A stretch of DNA of 64,000 nucleotides, taken from the NCBI GenBank assembly GCA_964497125.1, contig CAZCDU010000007.1, positions 5,503 to 69,502 on the forward strand, read 5' to 3'. The position numbers and the translations under genes were made by a program. The stretch comes from an uncultured Victivallales bacterium. GTDB taxonomy: Bacteria; Verrucomicrobiota; Kiritimatiellia; UBA8416. Below, piece by piece: positions 36,855 through 47,243 of this stretch (its first letter is position 1; each line of letters begins with the position of its first letter). The notes beneath the pieces are model-generated. The model was not told the DNA's origin. It saw only the letters and a list, made by a program, of their open reading frames with translations, and made no database searches.

Positions 36855-38348
36855 ATGCCGACAAGCATCAAAGCTGTAATTCACGGGACCGTTGCCGTCG
36901 TGCTTGCCATCACGCTGGGGCGCCTGATTGGCACGGGCAACACTGCGACGCTGGTTGGCTTGCTGTTGTTGTTTTGGGGGCTGTCTGTTCTTTTCCGGTA
37001 CCGTACGACACTGCCGGCCATTGCCGTTGCCATGTGCTGGTATTCGGGGGAGAACGTCTTCTTCAGACTACCCTACGTGACCCTGGTGCTGGCCGCATTC
37101 TGTGGGGTGACAATCTTCCGGCATCTTCTTCTCCGGCGGCGTGAGGAGGAGCGGCTGTTCTGTTCGCGCTCGTCTCGACTAGGAGTTGCCGCCTTAATGG
37201 GTATGGGTGCCGTTCTGGTGGCAATCACGTTCCTGCGGCACGCCGGCGTCTGCCCCAGCTCCGTCTATGGTCAGCCGGGAGGTCTGCGGCACGCATTGAC
37301 GATGATGGTGCTGGCCGGATTCACAATCATGGGGATGGGGGGGATGGTTGGTACCCGACGATTCGCCGTGATCCCGGTTGCTGCGCTCTCGATCGCCGTC
37401 TTCAACGCGGTGATCGATGCTGCCAACTACATCAACCCCAGGACGGCCTACCTAACCAACTACATCGCGACAAGCGTGAACCATGAAGTGACGAACGTCC
37501 TGGCCGGGGGTGCCGAGTCCGTCTTGCGCATCAGTGCGCTTCGGGAGCTGGGTTTCTACTTTGCGGCGTTCTTGCTGTGTCTCTTCGTTCATCAGCGCAA
37601 CAGAGCCGGGCGCGGGTCGATGCCTATGTATGTGCTTCTCGGCCTGCTGGCATCCGCCCTGCTGGTCGTCGTCAGCGGGTACCGCAGCTACGTGATTCGC
37701 TATTCCGTGATCTGTGTCATGGTGTTCTGGGTCTATGACAGGAAATGGGCACTGGCATCCGTTGCGGGGATCGGAACGCTATGGGGCGGCATCGTGTTGC
37801 TTGGACGGGCCATTTCGGCACTGCCTCACCAGGTCCAGCGTGTTGTCGGTTCAATTCCGGGCGCTTACAAGACTGATATCGCGCTGGGGGCACTGAGTGG
37901 AATTGACTGGCGTGCGGATCTCTTCTCCCGTTTCTTTCGCTACGAGTTTCCGCTGCATCCCTGGTTCGGGCGGGGCGTGATCGGCGAGATTGATCTCTCT
38001 TTCTACCTTTATTTGCGAGATCCGGTGCGCTACTTCGAGAAGGCGCAGCTCTACCATTCCGGCTTCGCGTCGGCCCTGGACGTCGTTGGGGTCGTGGGGA
38101 CCTCTTTTCTAATCGTGGCGCAACTGATTGCGCTGCGGTGCTGCGTTATCCTTGTCCGCAGGCATCGATTCGCGCTCAACGGTTGGCAGTGGTGGTGTGT
38201 GCTCCATTTTTGCGCGAGCATACCCCTTTACTGGTATACCGGCTTTTTTGCGCGCCAGGTGCCGCTGCTCTGGCTGACGTGCCTGGGGGTGTATGCCGCC
38301 AACGACAGTGTTGTACACGCCAAATCGGAGGCGGCGGATGAAGCGTGA
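36855..38348 (+). CDS. polytopic membrane protein, possible Wzy-type polymerase
   Basis: At least 10 predicted TM helices and no soluble domain. Sits in the EPS locus. GGAGGAG RBS. Confidence 0.35.
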   Translation: MPTSIKAVIHGTVAVVLAITLGRLIGTGNTATLVGLLLLFWGLSVLFRYRTTLPAIAVAMCWYSGENVFFRLPYVTLVLAAFCGVTIFRHLLLRRREEERLFCSRSSRLGVAALMGMGAVLVAITFLRHAGVCPSSVYGQPGGLRHALTMMVLAGFTIMGMGGMVGTRRFAVIPVAALSIAVFNAVIDAANYINPRTAYLTNYIATSVNHEVTNVLAGGAESVLRISALRELGFYFAAFLLCLFVHQRNRAGRGSMPMYVLLGLLASALLVVVSGYRSYVIRYSVICVMVFWVYDRKWALASVAGIGTLWGGIVLLGRAISALPHQVQRVVGSIPGAYKTDIALGALSGIDWRADLFSRFFRYEFPLHPWFGRGVIGEIDLSFYLYLRDPVRYFEKAQLYHSGFASALDVVGVVGTSFLIVAQLIALRCCVILVRRHRFALNGWQWWCVLHFCASIPLYWYTGFFARQVPLLWLTCLGVYAANDSVVHAKSEAADEA

Positions 38349-39255
38349 CACCTGGGTGGTCATTCCTGTACACAACCGAAAGAACACAACCCTGGTCTGT
38401 CTAAGGCGTCTGCGGGAACTCGGATGTTTCGATTGGACGCATGTTGTGGTGATCGACGACGGATCGACGGATGGCACCGGCGCGGCCGTAGAGAGCGAGT
38501 TCGGGACGGATCCGGTGCGTGTGGTCGCCGGGGACGGCCACCTCTGGTGGGCCGGCGGAATCAATGTTGGGATGCAGTTGGCGTGTGATGAGGGCGCCGA
38601 CTATGTTGTGTGGCTGAATGATGATTGCCTGCCGGAGGGAGATGCCTTACGGCAACTCCGAGACTACGCTGAGGTGGAGACGTCCGTTGCGGTTGGGCAA
38701 GCGGTCTGTCCGTCGGGAAACTACTATGGGGGATACCGACGCACGCTCTTCGGAATCCACAAGATGCCGCGCCAATCGACCTCGCGAGCCATTCCCTGTG
38801 ACACCTTCAGCGGCAATGCGGTCTGTATTCCGCGTGCGGTGATTGACAAGGTGGGATCCCTGGATACGATGAACATGCCGATGACCTATGGGGACGCGGA
38901 TTTTGGTCTCCGGGTCCGGCTGGCGGGGTTCCGTGCGGCCGTTATCGGTAGCGCGCGGTTCACGAACGAGGACAACCTGGGACGTGACTACCAGTCCTGG
39001 TTGCTTGGTGACTACGCTGCCCGCGAGATGTGGCGTTCGTTCTACACCGAGAAGAGTCCGCTTTTCTTCAGGGGGCGTTTCCGGTTCTACGTACGACACT
39101 GGGGCCCTTGGGGCTATGTGTTGGCTGGGCAGGCGTATGTTCGATTTGGTCTTATGACGCTGATTCGATCCGTTGTTCCCTTGCGCCTGCTCAGGGCACT
39201 ATACGGACGGCGGTCGAAGGCTTGGCGGGTCTTTGCCTGGCAAGAGAGGGAATAG
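38338..39255 (+). CDS. glycosyltransferase family 2
   Basis: VVIPVHNR...VVIDDGSTDGT...DAD pattern (DXD). Confidence 0.7.
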   Translation: MKRDTWVVIPVHNRKNTTLVCLRRLRELGCFDWTHVVVIDDGSTDGTGAAVESEFGTDPVRVVAGDGHLWWAGGINVGMQLACDEGADYVVWLNDDCLPEGDALRQLRDYAEVETSVAVGQAVCPSGNYYGGYRRTLFGIHKMPRQSTSRAIPCDTFSGNAVCIPRAVIDKVGSLDTMNMPMTYGDADFGLRVRLAGFRAAVIGSARFTNEDNLGRDYQSWLLGDYAAREMWRSFYTEKSPLFFRGRFRFYVRHWGPWGYVLAGQAYVRFGLMTLIRSVVPLRLLRALYGRRSKAWRVFAWQERE

Positions 39256-39259
39256 GAAG

Positions 39260-40351
39260 ATGAAGATTGCGCTCGACACAACCGCGCTTAAGCTGGGCCG
39301 GGCGGGTGTGCACATGTACGTAAGGGAGCTGCTCTCGGCATTGCAGGAGTCTGGTGAGGCGGAGATTGTGCCTGTTCCCTATCGCTTGAAGTTCTCCCGC
39401 TCCAATCGCATGTTCGGGAAGATCGACACCCTGTATCGCGATACGGTGTGGCAGAACCTCTCGTTGCCGCGCGCTATCTCGAAAGCGAATGCGGATGTCT
39501 TCCATGCCCCACAAGCCAGGACGACCCTGCTGTCTCCCGTTCCGCTGGTCGTCACGATTTACGACCTGTATGCCTACCATAATCCTAAGGGCTTCTCGCG
39601 CTGGACCGCGTTCCTGCGCAATCTCGCGCCACGGTTGCTCCGGCAGGCCGCCGCCATCCTGGTGATCTCGGATTTTACGCGTCGCGAGCTACTACGTTTC
39701 TTTCCGCATGTCTCCCCCTCCAAGATCCATGTCACGCACCTTGGGGTGGCAGACCGATTTCGGCCGGCCCCAAAGGCGATGGGTCAACAGGTTCGATCGA
39801 AGTATTCGCTTCCTGAGCGCTACCTTCTTGCGGTGAATACGCTCGAACCACGCAAGAACCTGCCTCGCCTTCTCGACGTATTTGCCCGGGTGCAGGACCA
39901 GATGGCGGAAGATCTTGTCCTTGTCGGGGATTCGGGGTGGATACCGGAGCACGCCAAAAGCATTGTCGATGCCGCGCAGGAAAACCCGCGTATTCACCAC
40001 ATCGGTTACGTGCCGGATGATGATCTGACGGCGCTCTACAGCGAAGCCACGGCGTATGTCTTTCCGTCATACTACGAGGGGTTTGGGCTCCCGGCGGTTG
40101 AGGCAATGGCGTGTGGTTGCCCGGTTGTTGCCTCTCGCGGTTCCAGCCTCGACGAAGTTATGAGCGATGCCGGAGTCCGGTTTGATCCGCACGATCCGGA
40201 GGAGATGGCTGCCGCCATCTTGCGCATAACCGCGTCTTCAGAGCTTCGCGAAGATCTCAAGGTCAGGGGGGTCGCCAATGCACAGCGTTTTACCTGGGAC
40301 CATACGGCCGCGTGTACCGTGGCTGCATATGAGAAAGCAATGACAAGGTAA
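39260..40351 (+). CDS. glycosyltransferase family 4
   Basis: EGFGLPAVEAMACGCPVVAS (E-x7-E motif region). Confidence 0.7.
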   Translation: MKIALDTTALKLGRAGVHMYVRELLSALQESGEAEIVPVPYRLKFSRSNRMFGKIDTLYRDTVWQNLSLPRAISKANADVFHAPQARTTLLSPVPLVVTIYDLYAYHNPKGFSRWTAFLRNLAPRLLRQAAAILVISDFTRRELLRFFPHVSPSKIHVTHLGVADRFRPAPKAMGQQVRSKYSLPERYLLAVNTLEPRKNLPRLLDVFARVQDQMAEDLVLVGDSGWIPEHAKSIVDAAQENPRIHHIGYVPDDDLTALYSEATAYVFPSYYEGFGLPAVEAMACGCPVVASRGSSLDEVMSDAGVRFDPHDPEEMAAAILRITASSELREDLKVRGVANAQRFTWDHTAACTVAAYEKAMTR

Positions 40352-40491
40352 TCCCTATGAGACTGGTGGCATTGGTTTTGGGCGTCTTGCTCTGTTCCGA
40401 AGCCTAGGGCCTGCACGTCACAGCCTTGCCGATTGCGGCATGGTCCGGTACCGTAGGTCCGCCAATCTGACCATAAACTGATTGAACACAG

Positions 40492-42057
40492 ATGATGACA
40501 AGCGCAGAAACGAACCCAATACAGCCTGATCCCATTTTCGCTGCTCGTATCGGCAATGTGGCATCCGCGACCCTTCGGGGCGGGGGCGCACGCTGGGTGC
40601 AGCCTGACGGCGAGGGGTGCTTCCTGATCTCCGGAGACCAAACGGGCAGTCCCGTCGTGTTCGTGTATTGTGATGGAGAGTACCTTTTTGCGGACACAGA
40701 TCCGGCTGCCCTGTTTGACTACGTGGTTGCAGAGAAGCTACCGCTCGACGTCTCGGCCGAGGCAATCAGCCACTTCCTCACCGCAGGGCTGGTCCCGATT
40801 CCGATGTCGATCTTTCAGCAGGTGTTCACGTTGGGAATCGGGGACACTCTTCGGGCGACAGCGGCCGGAGGGGAGTGGCTCTGCACGCATGAGCTCGATT
40901 TTCCCTACTTCGAGGAACGTTCAACCGGCAGGAGCCGGCCCGATGCAGGAATGCTCAAGTCGCTGCTCGTTCAGTCGGTGGAGCGGCAATTGGCGGGAGA
41001 ATCGGACCCGGTACTGATGCTGAGTTCAGGTAAGGACTCAACGGCACTGGCGGTCGCGCTTTCCGAGCTGGGCCGGGCTGATGTCAACGCATTGACGTTC
41101 GTTTCCGAGACCCAGGTAGATGAAGGTGAGTATGCGGCAGAGCTGTGTAGACGGTTGGGGTTGTCTCACAGACGTATTTCGGTACCGCGGGACAAGCCAC
41201 TTCCGTCAGACTTGTTCGATCGCCTTTTTCAGACCGCTCCGCTACCGTGCGCCGATGATTGCCAGCTTCCCTATCTCTACGCCATGTCGGAGGCCGAAGG
41301 TGCAGGGAGCATCATGGATGGCTCTGGAAATGATGTCTATGTCGGTCACGTTCCCTCCAGGAACGATCGACGACGACAGCTCCTGCGCGTACGAAACCGT
41401 CGCCTGGCACATGTGCTGGAGTCGGCCGTGCCGTCGTGCACGCGACGGGCGCAACTACTCCGCAATTCGGCGGAGATTATCTTTGTCCTGGGGTTGCTTC
41501 ACCATCGTGAAGTGGAACGGTTCTATCCTGGCTTCGTGGAGACGGATCCCTTCTGGTGCTCGGCCGTCGCTCCGTTCCAGCAGCGCAGTGTGTTTGATTT
41601 TCGTGCCGTTATTCGAGGGCGGCACTATGACCAGATGAGCGTCGCCCTCAAAGCGGTCACGGCAGCCGGAACGATTGGGGCCGGGGTCGCTTTCCCCTGG
41701 TGTGATGACGCTGTTGCCGATTTCTACTTCAACTTGCCGCAGGAGCGGCGTTTCGACAGCCGGCGCTTTGTCAACAAGCTCTTGGTCCGGGAGATGTTGC
41801 GGGATGCAGTTGACTACCCTGATGCCGAGATTGGAAAGCGCTATTTCTTGTTCGACCGGTTTGCATTCTTCCTGGCGAATGCCGAGAGGGTCCGGGGCGA
41901 GATCTTAGCCTGTCCGCTCTGGGATTCTGCGGCAAGCGAGGCGTTGCTGGATGTTCTCTATACGCGACTTCCGCACAATGAGAGAGTGGGGGTTGCGCTC
42001 AACTCATGGTTTCTGCTTTCGGGGTGGTTGAATCACAACCGATGGGTGGCGGTCTGA
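40492..42057 (+). CDS. asparagine-synthetase-like PP-loop amidotransferase lacking the N-terminal Cys nucleophile (exosortase-A-system amidotransferase-like)
   Basis: PP-loop LSSGKDSTALAVA (SGGxDS variant) at about residue 180. The N-terminus MMTSAE... has no Cys2 glutaminase nucleophile. Confidence 0.5.
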   Translation: MMTSAETNPIQPDPIFAARIGNVASATLRGGGARWVQPDGEGCFLISGDQTGSPVVFVYCDGEYLFADTDPAALFDYVVAEKLPLDVSAEAISHFLTAGLVPIPMSIFQQVFTLGIGDTLRATAAGGEWLCTHELDFPYFEERSTGRSRPDAGMLKSLLVQSVERQLAGESDPVLMLSSGKDSTALAVALSELGRADVNALTFVSETQVDEGEYAAELCRRLGLSHRRISVPRDKPLPSDLFDRLFQTAPLPCADDCQLPYLYAMSEAEGAGSIMDGSGNDVYVGHVPSRNDRRRQLLRVRNRRLAHVLESAVPSCTRRAQLLRNSAEIIFVLGLLHHREVERFYPGFVETDPFWCSAVAPFQQRSVFDFRAVIRGRHYDQMSVALKAVTAAGTIGAGVAFPWCDDAVADFYFNLPQERRFDSRRFVNKLLVREMLRDAVDYPDAEIGKRYFLFDRFAFFLANAERVRGEILACPLWDSAASEALLDVLYTRLPHNERVGVALNSWFLLSGWLNHNRWVAV

Positions 42058-42058
42058 T

Positions 42059-43234
42059 ATGCGTATCCTGTTCTATCAGAGTGGCGCGGATCTCTATGGC
42101 TCAAGTCGGTCTCTGTTGCGCCTGGCTGGGCGGTTAGTGAGGGATGGTCACGCGGTCAAGGTTGTGTTTCCGGCTGATGGGCCTTTGGTGCCTGCTCTGC
42201 GGGGGGAAGGTGTTGAAGCCGAGGTCGCCAAGGTGTTTCCCCTCGTTGAACGCTTCGTCTTTCGGAGTCCTGTCGGCATCCTGAAGTTCCTCTGTTCTCT
42301 GCCGCTGGCTGTCTTCGGCGCATGTAGTACAATACGAAGGTTCAGACCGGACATTGTGCACAGCAATACATCTGTCATTCCTTTTCCGGCTGTGGCGACG
42401 CGCCTGCTTCGTGTACGGCACGTCTGGCACATTCGTGAAACGTACGTTGAGTTCGGGGCGTTCTGGCGGTTCTACAGGCGCTACATGCGGTATGGCAGCG
42501 ACGTGGTCGTTGCGGTGTCGACTCCCATCGCGCGTCAGTTTCCGGAGCTACCGCAGGTTCGCGTGATTCACAACGGACTTCCATTGAGCGAGGCCGTGCC
42601 GGCTGCGCCGGAACGCCTTCATGCCTTCCGCGAGAAGTTCAACCTGGGGGCGGCCCGACTCGTCGGGCTTGTCGGACGCATCAAGTATGTCCGGAAGGGG
42701 CAGGAGATACTCGTCGATGCCGCTGCGGAGTTGAAGCCGCGTTTTCCGGGGGTCCGCTTCCTTCTGGTGGGGAGCCCATATCCCGGCAACGAGCTTCATC
42801 TTGAGAGATTGCGGGAACGCATCCGCGAGCGCGGGGTTGAGGATACTGTGGTCTACACGGGAGACGTGGCCGACATCAATGCCGTGTATGGCGTGCTTGA
42901 CATCTCGGTGCTGGCATCGCAGCTTCCAGAGCCCTTTGGCGGCGTGGTGATTGAATCCATGGCCCATGGGCTTCCCGTCGTCGGCACGGCTATCGGGGGG
43001 ACCCTTGAACAGATTGCGGATGGGGAGACCGGCATTCTGGTGCCGCCCGGAGATGCCGGCGCGATGGCCGAGGCGATCGCGCGGTTGCTTGAAGATGATG
43101 CGCTTCGGGAGCGTATGGGAAAGGCCGCGAGAAGACGCTACGAACGGTGTTTTGAATTTGAGCAGTTCTATGAGCGTGTCACGTCGCTCTACCGGGAGGT
43201 TGCGGGGCACGAGCCAAAGGAAGGTATGAGCTGA
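42059..43234 (+). CDS. glycosyltransferase family 4
   Basis: EPFGGVVIESMAHGLPVVGTAIGG. Confidence 0.7.
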   Translation: MRILFYQSGADLYGSSRSLLRLAGRLVRDGHAVKVVFPADGPLVPALRGEGVEAEVAKVFPLVERFVFRSPVGILKFLCSLPLAVFGACSTIRRFRPDIVHSNTSVIPFPAVATRLLRVRHVWHIRETYVEFGAFWRFYRRYMRYGSDVVVAVSTPIARQFPELPQVRVIHNGLPLSEAVPAAPERLHAFREKFNLGAARLVGLVGRIKYVRKGQEILVDAAAELKPRFPGVRFLLVGSPYPGNELHLERLRERIRERGVEDTVVYTGDVADINAVYGVLDISVLASQLPEPFGGVVIESMAHGLPVVGTAIGGTLEQIADGETGILVPPGDAGAMAEAIARLLEDDALRERMGKAARRRYERCFEFEQFYERVTSLYREVAGHEPKEGMS

Positions 43235-44016
43235 TGACAGCGCAGCGGTGTAGAATTGGTCCAGTCGGTATCTCCTGCGTCACAATGCAACAGGCTCTTG
43301 ACCGTCTTCGCGTGGCGCTTGGCGGTGAGGCAACCACATCTGCCCCGCTCGTGATCCAGGCGGTCAATGCCCACATCTGCAACATGGCGGGCCGTGATGC
43401 TGATCTTGCGGACCGTCTGAATTGCTCGGGACTTCTGCTAGCTGATGGTATGTCGATTGTATGGGCTTCGCGCCTTCTGCGGAGACCTCTCTCTGAGCGC
43501 TGCAACCTGACGGAGTTCTTCAGGCTCTACCTGGAGGCGGAGATGCCGGCTGCGATGGCCGTGCTGGTGGGGTGTGGGGAGGAGGACGCACGGGCCGCTG
43601 CCGAGGCTATTCATGCCGGTAGCAAGCATTGCCGCATCCTAGAGACGATGGATGGCTACCGATCGGAGGCCTTCTATCGCAATTGGTTGCGTTCGCGCCC
43701 TGAGCCCATCGATATGCTTCTTGTGGGTATGGGCACGCCACGCTCCGAAGCATTGATCGCGTTGGCGAGGGACGTTCAGGCGGCTCGTGTAATCTGCCAT
43801 ATTGGCGGCGGCACGGTACGCTTTCTGGCGGGTACTGATGCCGAAGCCCCCCAGTGGCTGCGCCGGATCGGGCTTCAATGGCTCCACCGCCTGCTGCTGC
43901 ATCCCAGCATGTGGCGGCGATATCTGCTTGGTAATCCGCGTTTCGCCCGGCTAGTGTTCCAGCAGTACTGCCGGGAGCGATCCGCCTCTGCTGCAGGCGG
44001 ACACAAGGGGGCGTAG
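43234..44016 (+). CDS. WecB/TagA/CpsF-family glycosyltransferase (GT26)
   Basis: About 250 aa with a family-typical N-terminal third. Overlapping start/stop. Confidence 0.55.
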   Translation: MTAQRCRIGPVGISCVTMQQALDRLRVALGGEATTSAPLVIQAVNAHICNMAGRDADLADRLNCSGLLLADGMSIVWASRLLRRPLSERCNLTEFFRLYLEAEMPAAMAVLVGCGEEDARAAAEAIHAGSKHCRILETMDGYRSEAFYRNWLRSRPEPIDMLLVGMGTPRSEALIALARDVQAARVICHIGGGTVRFLAGTDAEAPQWLRRIGLQWLHRLLLHPSMWRRYLLGNPRFARLVFQQYCRERSASAAGGHKGA

Positions 44017-44928
44017 ATGATGAGATCGAGGACAGGCGCGACATCGGGGTGGCCATGGGATGCTGTCTGGGGCGTGGTCATTGCCGGGCTTGTGGTGGCT
44101 CTCTTCCATGGGTTCGGGACGGCCGAAACCCACGGTGAAATCGGCCGATCGCTCTTCCGTTGGATTGGTGTCCAGTGGGCCAATCGTGAGGGGGATTTCT
44201 CGCACGCCTGGTTGATGCCGGTCATCAGCCTTGGATTCGTATGGGTGCGACGCCGGCAGATCGCCGCGGCCCCGAAGCGCGTATGCTGGCATGGCGTCGG
44301 CCTCGTGGCCCTGCTGCTGTTGGGGAACTGGCTCATGGTGCGTGCGGAACAACCTCGCCTCTCTCTTCTGACATTTGCGGCACTGACGTGGGCCATTCCT
44401 TATGGCCTGTATGGATTTGACGTGGCGCGCCGGTTGATCTTTCCCTCCCTCTACCTGATGCTCTGTTTCGGGTCCTACTTCCTTGTGGCATTGACCTTCA
44501 AGTTGCGCCTGTTGAGCAGCGCCGTCTCGGCCGTGCTGTTGAACGGACTGGGGATCGCCACGGAGCGGCATGGCACCGCACTCTACTCCGCAGCCGGTGG
44601 CGGATTCAGCCTGGACGTTGCTGATCCGTGCAGTGGGTTGCGTTCGCTGGTGGTGATCACCGCGCTGTGTGCCCCCTATGCTGTATTGACGCAACCCAAG
44701 TTGTGGGGGAAGTGGCTTCTGTTTGCGCTCTCGATCCCGTTGGCCGCGATCGCCAATATCTGTCGAATTCTGATTCTTGCGGGTATTGCTGCGCTTATGG
44801 GGCAGGAAGTGGCGGTGCGTATCTACCATGATTTTGCGGGGCTACTGGTCTTTGGCATTGCCACTATCCTCATCACCGTGACGGGGCGCATCTTGTTGCG
44901 CTACCAGAAGGAGAATGTGAAGGAATGA
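44017..44928 (+). CDS. xrtA: exosortase (EpsH/XrtA-type)
   Basis: 8-TM protein. Conserved Cys in ADPCSGLRSL and Arg in NICRILIL, as in exosortase/archaeosortase active sites. Followed by an EpsI-like gene. Confidence 0.65.
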   Translation: MMRSRTGATSGWPWDAVWGVVIAGLVVALFHGFGTAETHGEIGRSLFRWIGVQWANREGDFSHAWLMPVISLGFVWVRRRQIAAAPKRVCWHGVGLVALLLLGNWLMVRAEQPRLSLLTFAALTWAIPYGLYGFDVARRLIFPSLYLMLCFGSYFLVALTFKLRLLSSAVSAVLLNGLGIATERHGTALYSAAGGGFSLDVADPCSGLRSLVVITALCAPYAVLTQPKLWGKWLLFALSIPLAAIANICRILILAGIAALMGQEVAVRIYHDFAGLLVFGIATILITVTGRILLRYQKENVKE

Positions 44929-45659
44929 CACGGGCGCAACATGCAGCAGCCGGCGTGATTGCAGGACTACTATTGGCAGGTATCGTTGTGATTGCCGTAG
45001 ATCGTCCCGCCTATTCGCGTGATTCAGCGGCTCACGCGCTTCCGGAATCGGTTGGCGAGTTCGTGGGTGAGGGCGTATCGTTCTGTCAGAATGATCAATG
45101 CCTCGCTGTCATCATGGATTCGGAGCATGCGGGCGCGACGCAATGTCCTGAATGCGAGGGCGAACTGCGGGGCGTTTCGCTCGCGGAGCTGCGTAAGTTG
45201 CCGGCGGATACGGAGGTGCGCAAACGACAGTATCGAGATGGCCGGCAGTCCTACGGGGTTTCTTCCGTCGTGTCCGGATACTCACGGGCGGGCATTCATC
45301 GCCCTGAGGTATGTCTTGTTGCGCAGGGCTATCGCATCGTGGCACGGAGCATAGAACCGGTGACCGCGCCATCCGGCAAAACGTTTGATGTGGCGCGGCT
45401 GAGGGCAGTCAATGGATCGGGCCGTGCGGTGCACTACGTATACTGGTTCAGGAGTGGGCCGTATGAAACGGCCAGCCACACGACTCGCATTTTCCGCATG
45501 GGATGGGATGGCATTGTCCGCAACACCAGGCGGGCCTGGGTCTATTTTGCCATTGTGGCCCCCGCTGATGCCGTCTCATCGAGTGAGCGGGAGATCCACG
45601 ATCTGCATCGATTCCTCGGTCTGCTCCACGACGGAATCGGCGTTGGTTCTGCCGACTAG
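44925..45659 (+). CDS. epsI: EpsI-family exosortase-associated protein
   Basis: 4-bp overlap with the exosortase gene. N-terminal TM anchor. Size and position match the EpsH/EpsI pairing. Confidence 0.5.
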   Translation: MTRAQHAAAGVIAGLLLAGIVVIAVDRPAYSRDSAAHALPESVGEFVGEGVSFCQNDQCLAVIMDSEHAGATQCPECEGELRGVSLAELRKLPADTEVRKRQYRDGRQSYGVSSVVSGYSRAGIHRPEVCLVAQGYRIVARSIEPVTAPSGKTFDVARLRAVNGSGRAVHYVYWFRSGPYETASHTTRIFRMGWDGIVRNTRRAWVYFAIVAPADAVSSSEREIHDLHRFLGLLHDGIGVGSAD

Positions 45660-47128
45660 TAGGCGCCGGTACCAAACAGGACGACCTTGGTCGTGCGTAG
45701 GACAATCTCGATGTCCATGATCCAGGTATGGTTGCGTAGGTAGTAGACGTCGAGGATGCACATGTTATGGAAGTCCAGATCGCTACGGCCCGAGATCTGC
45801 CAGAGGCAGGTCAACCCGGGGAGACCGCCGTGGCGGCTGTAGTGCCAGTCTTCGTAGTAGTTCTCGAAGTCCCGCTGGGGTAGGGGACGCGGACCCACGA
45901 GCACCATGTCGCCCTTGATGACATTCAGGAGCTGGGGCAACTCGTCGAGACTGAACCGCCTCAGAAAACGACCGATCGGTGTGATTCGCGGGTCTTGTTT
46001 GATCTTGAAGAGCGCCCCCGCCGATTCGTTGAACTCCTCCACCTGAGCCTGAAGTTCCTCTGACTTGTTGCGCATGGTGCGGAATTTGTACATTCGGAAC
46101 GGTTTACGGTTCACCCCGATGCGCTCCTGGACGAAGATGGCCGGTCCGCGGCTGGTGATACGTACCAGTAGAGCGATGATGAGAAGCAAGGGAGACAGGA
46201 GTACCAGTCCCGCCGCGGAGATAGCAAACGTCATCGCCCTTCGCACGATGCCGAGCTTGCCCTGGTTCTCCGGGGCATCAAAATGCACCAGCGGGGTGCC
46301 GTGGATAATGTCGCATGGGAGATGGGCGCGGGAGACGAGGACATCCAGTTTCTCTGAGAGAATCTTGGTTGGAATGCCGAGTGTATCGGTTTCTTCAAGC
46401 ACCTGCATGATCTGTGGCACGCTTAGGTCCTTGTCCGATGCAATGAGCATATCGGCTTTACAGGCTATTGCCGCAGAGGCGATGCTGCGCAGCTGCTGTT
46501 CGAACGGGGCTTCCTTGTCGAGCACAAGCTGCTTTGCACATGTGATTCCATGGGGTTGCAGTACCTCGAGAACCGTGGCGATGAAAGAGGCCTCTTCCCC
46601 ACTGCCGACAAGAAGGGCCTGGCATGTGTCGATATCCCAGCGCTTCCTTATGATCTCCGAGAGGCGCGCGGCCAACCGCCTGAAGACGATGCAGAAGACA
46701 ATGTTCATGACGATTACCGACGCGAACATGCTGCGAGGGTGGTAGATGTTCCGTTGCAGGTACCAGTAGGTATAGAAGATTGCCAGGGTAATCGTGTTCG
46801 CCACGATGACGTTCCATGCAATGGGCTGTTCCAGGAGAAAACGTCGTCCCGTGTAGAGGTGACGGAGTGCGTACAGCAGGCAGACGGTCAACGTGATAAT
46901 CAGGATGATCCGCAGGCCGGCCGTGTAGTAGAACGTCTCCAGTATCGGACCGACGTCACCCATGGGTTGGTCTGCTATGAGTTTGGGCAGTGTACCGTAG
47001 ATATGCTCCCCAACGTCGCTATGGAACCGCAGGAAAATTGTGGCATAGTAGGCCGCCACGATGGCCAGAAAATCGGCTAGGAACATGGGCAGCCAGGGGA
47101 ACTTCGATTTCTTTCTGCCGAATTGCAT
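45656..47128 (-). CDS. exopolysaccharide polyprenyl-phosphate glycosyl-1-phosphate transferase (WbaP/EpsB-like priming enzyme)
   Basis: C-terminal bacterial sugar-transferase domain (RGPAIFVQERIG...KFRTM...LDELPQL...GDMVLVGPRP). N-terminal TM and Rossmann-like region. Confidence 0.8.
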   Translation of the reverse strand: MQFGRKKSKFPWLPMFLADFLAIVAAYYATIFLRFHSDVGEHIYGTLPKLIADQPMGDVGPILETFYYTAGLRIILIITLTVCLLYALRHLYTGRRFLLEQPIAWNVIVANTITLAIFYTYWYLQRNIYHPRSMFASVIVMNIVFCIVFRRLAARLSEIIRKRWDIDTCQALLVGSGEEASFIATVLEVLQPHGITCAKQLVLDKEAPFEQQLRSIASAAIACKADMLIASDKDLSVPQIMQVLEETDTLGIPTKILSEKLDVLVSRAHLPCDIIHGTPLVHFDAPENQGKLGIVRRAMTFAISAAGLVLLSPLLLIIALLVRITSRGPAIFVQERIGVNRKPFRMYKFRTMRNKSEELQAQVEEFNESAGALFKIKQDPRITPIGRFLRRFSLDELPQLLNVIKGDMVLVGPRPLPQRDFENYYEDWHYSRHGGLPGLTCLWQISGRSDLDFHNMCILDVYYLRNHTWIMDIEIVLRTTKVVLFGTGAY

Positions 47129-47243
47129 AGGAGTGCACGGTACACTGACGTCGGCGTCCGTGCAAGCGGAGGCTTCAGGCTTGTGTGTGTCGTGATGATG
47201 CTGTATTTGTTGATGAACTGAATGATCTTAAGGAGGGGTGGGA

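Noticed and set aside
43951-44829. 292-aa antisense ORF over the exosortase gene
   Set aside because: Low-complexity translation. The sense strand encodes a polytopic exosortase with conserved motifs.
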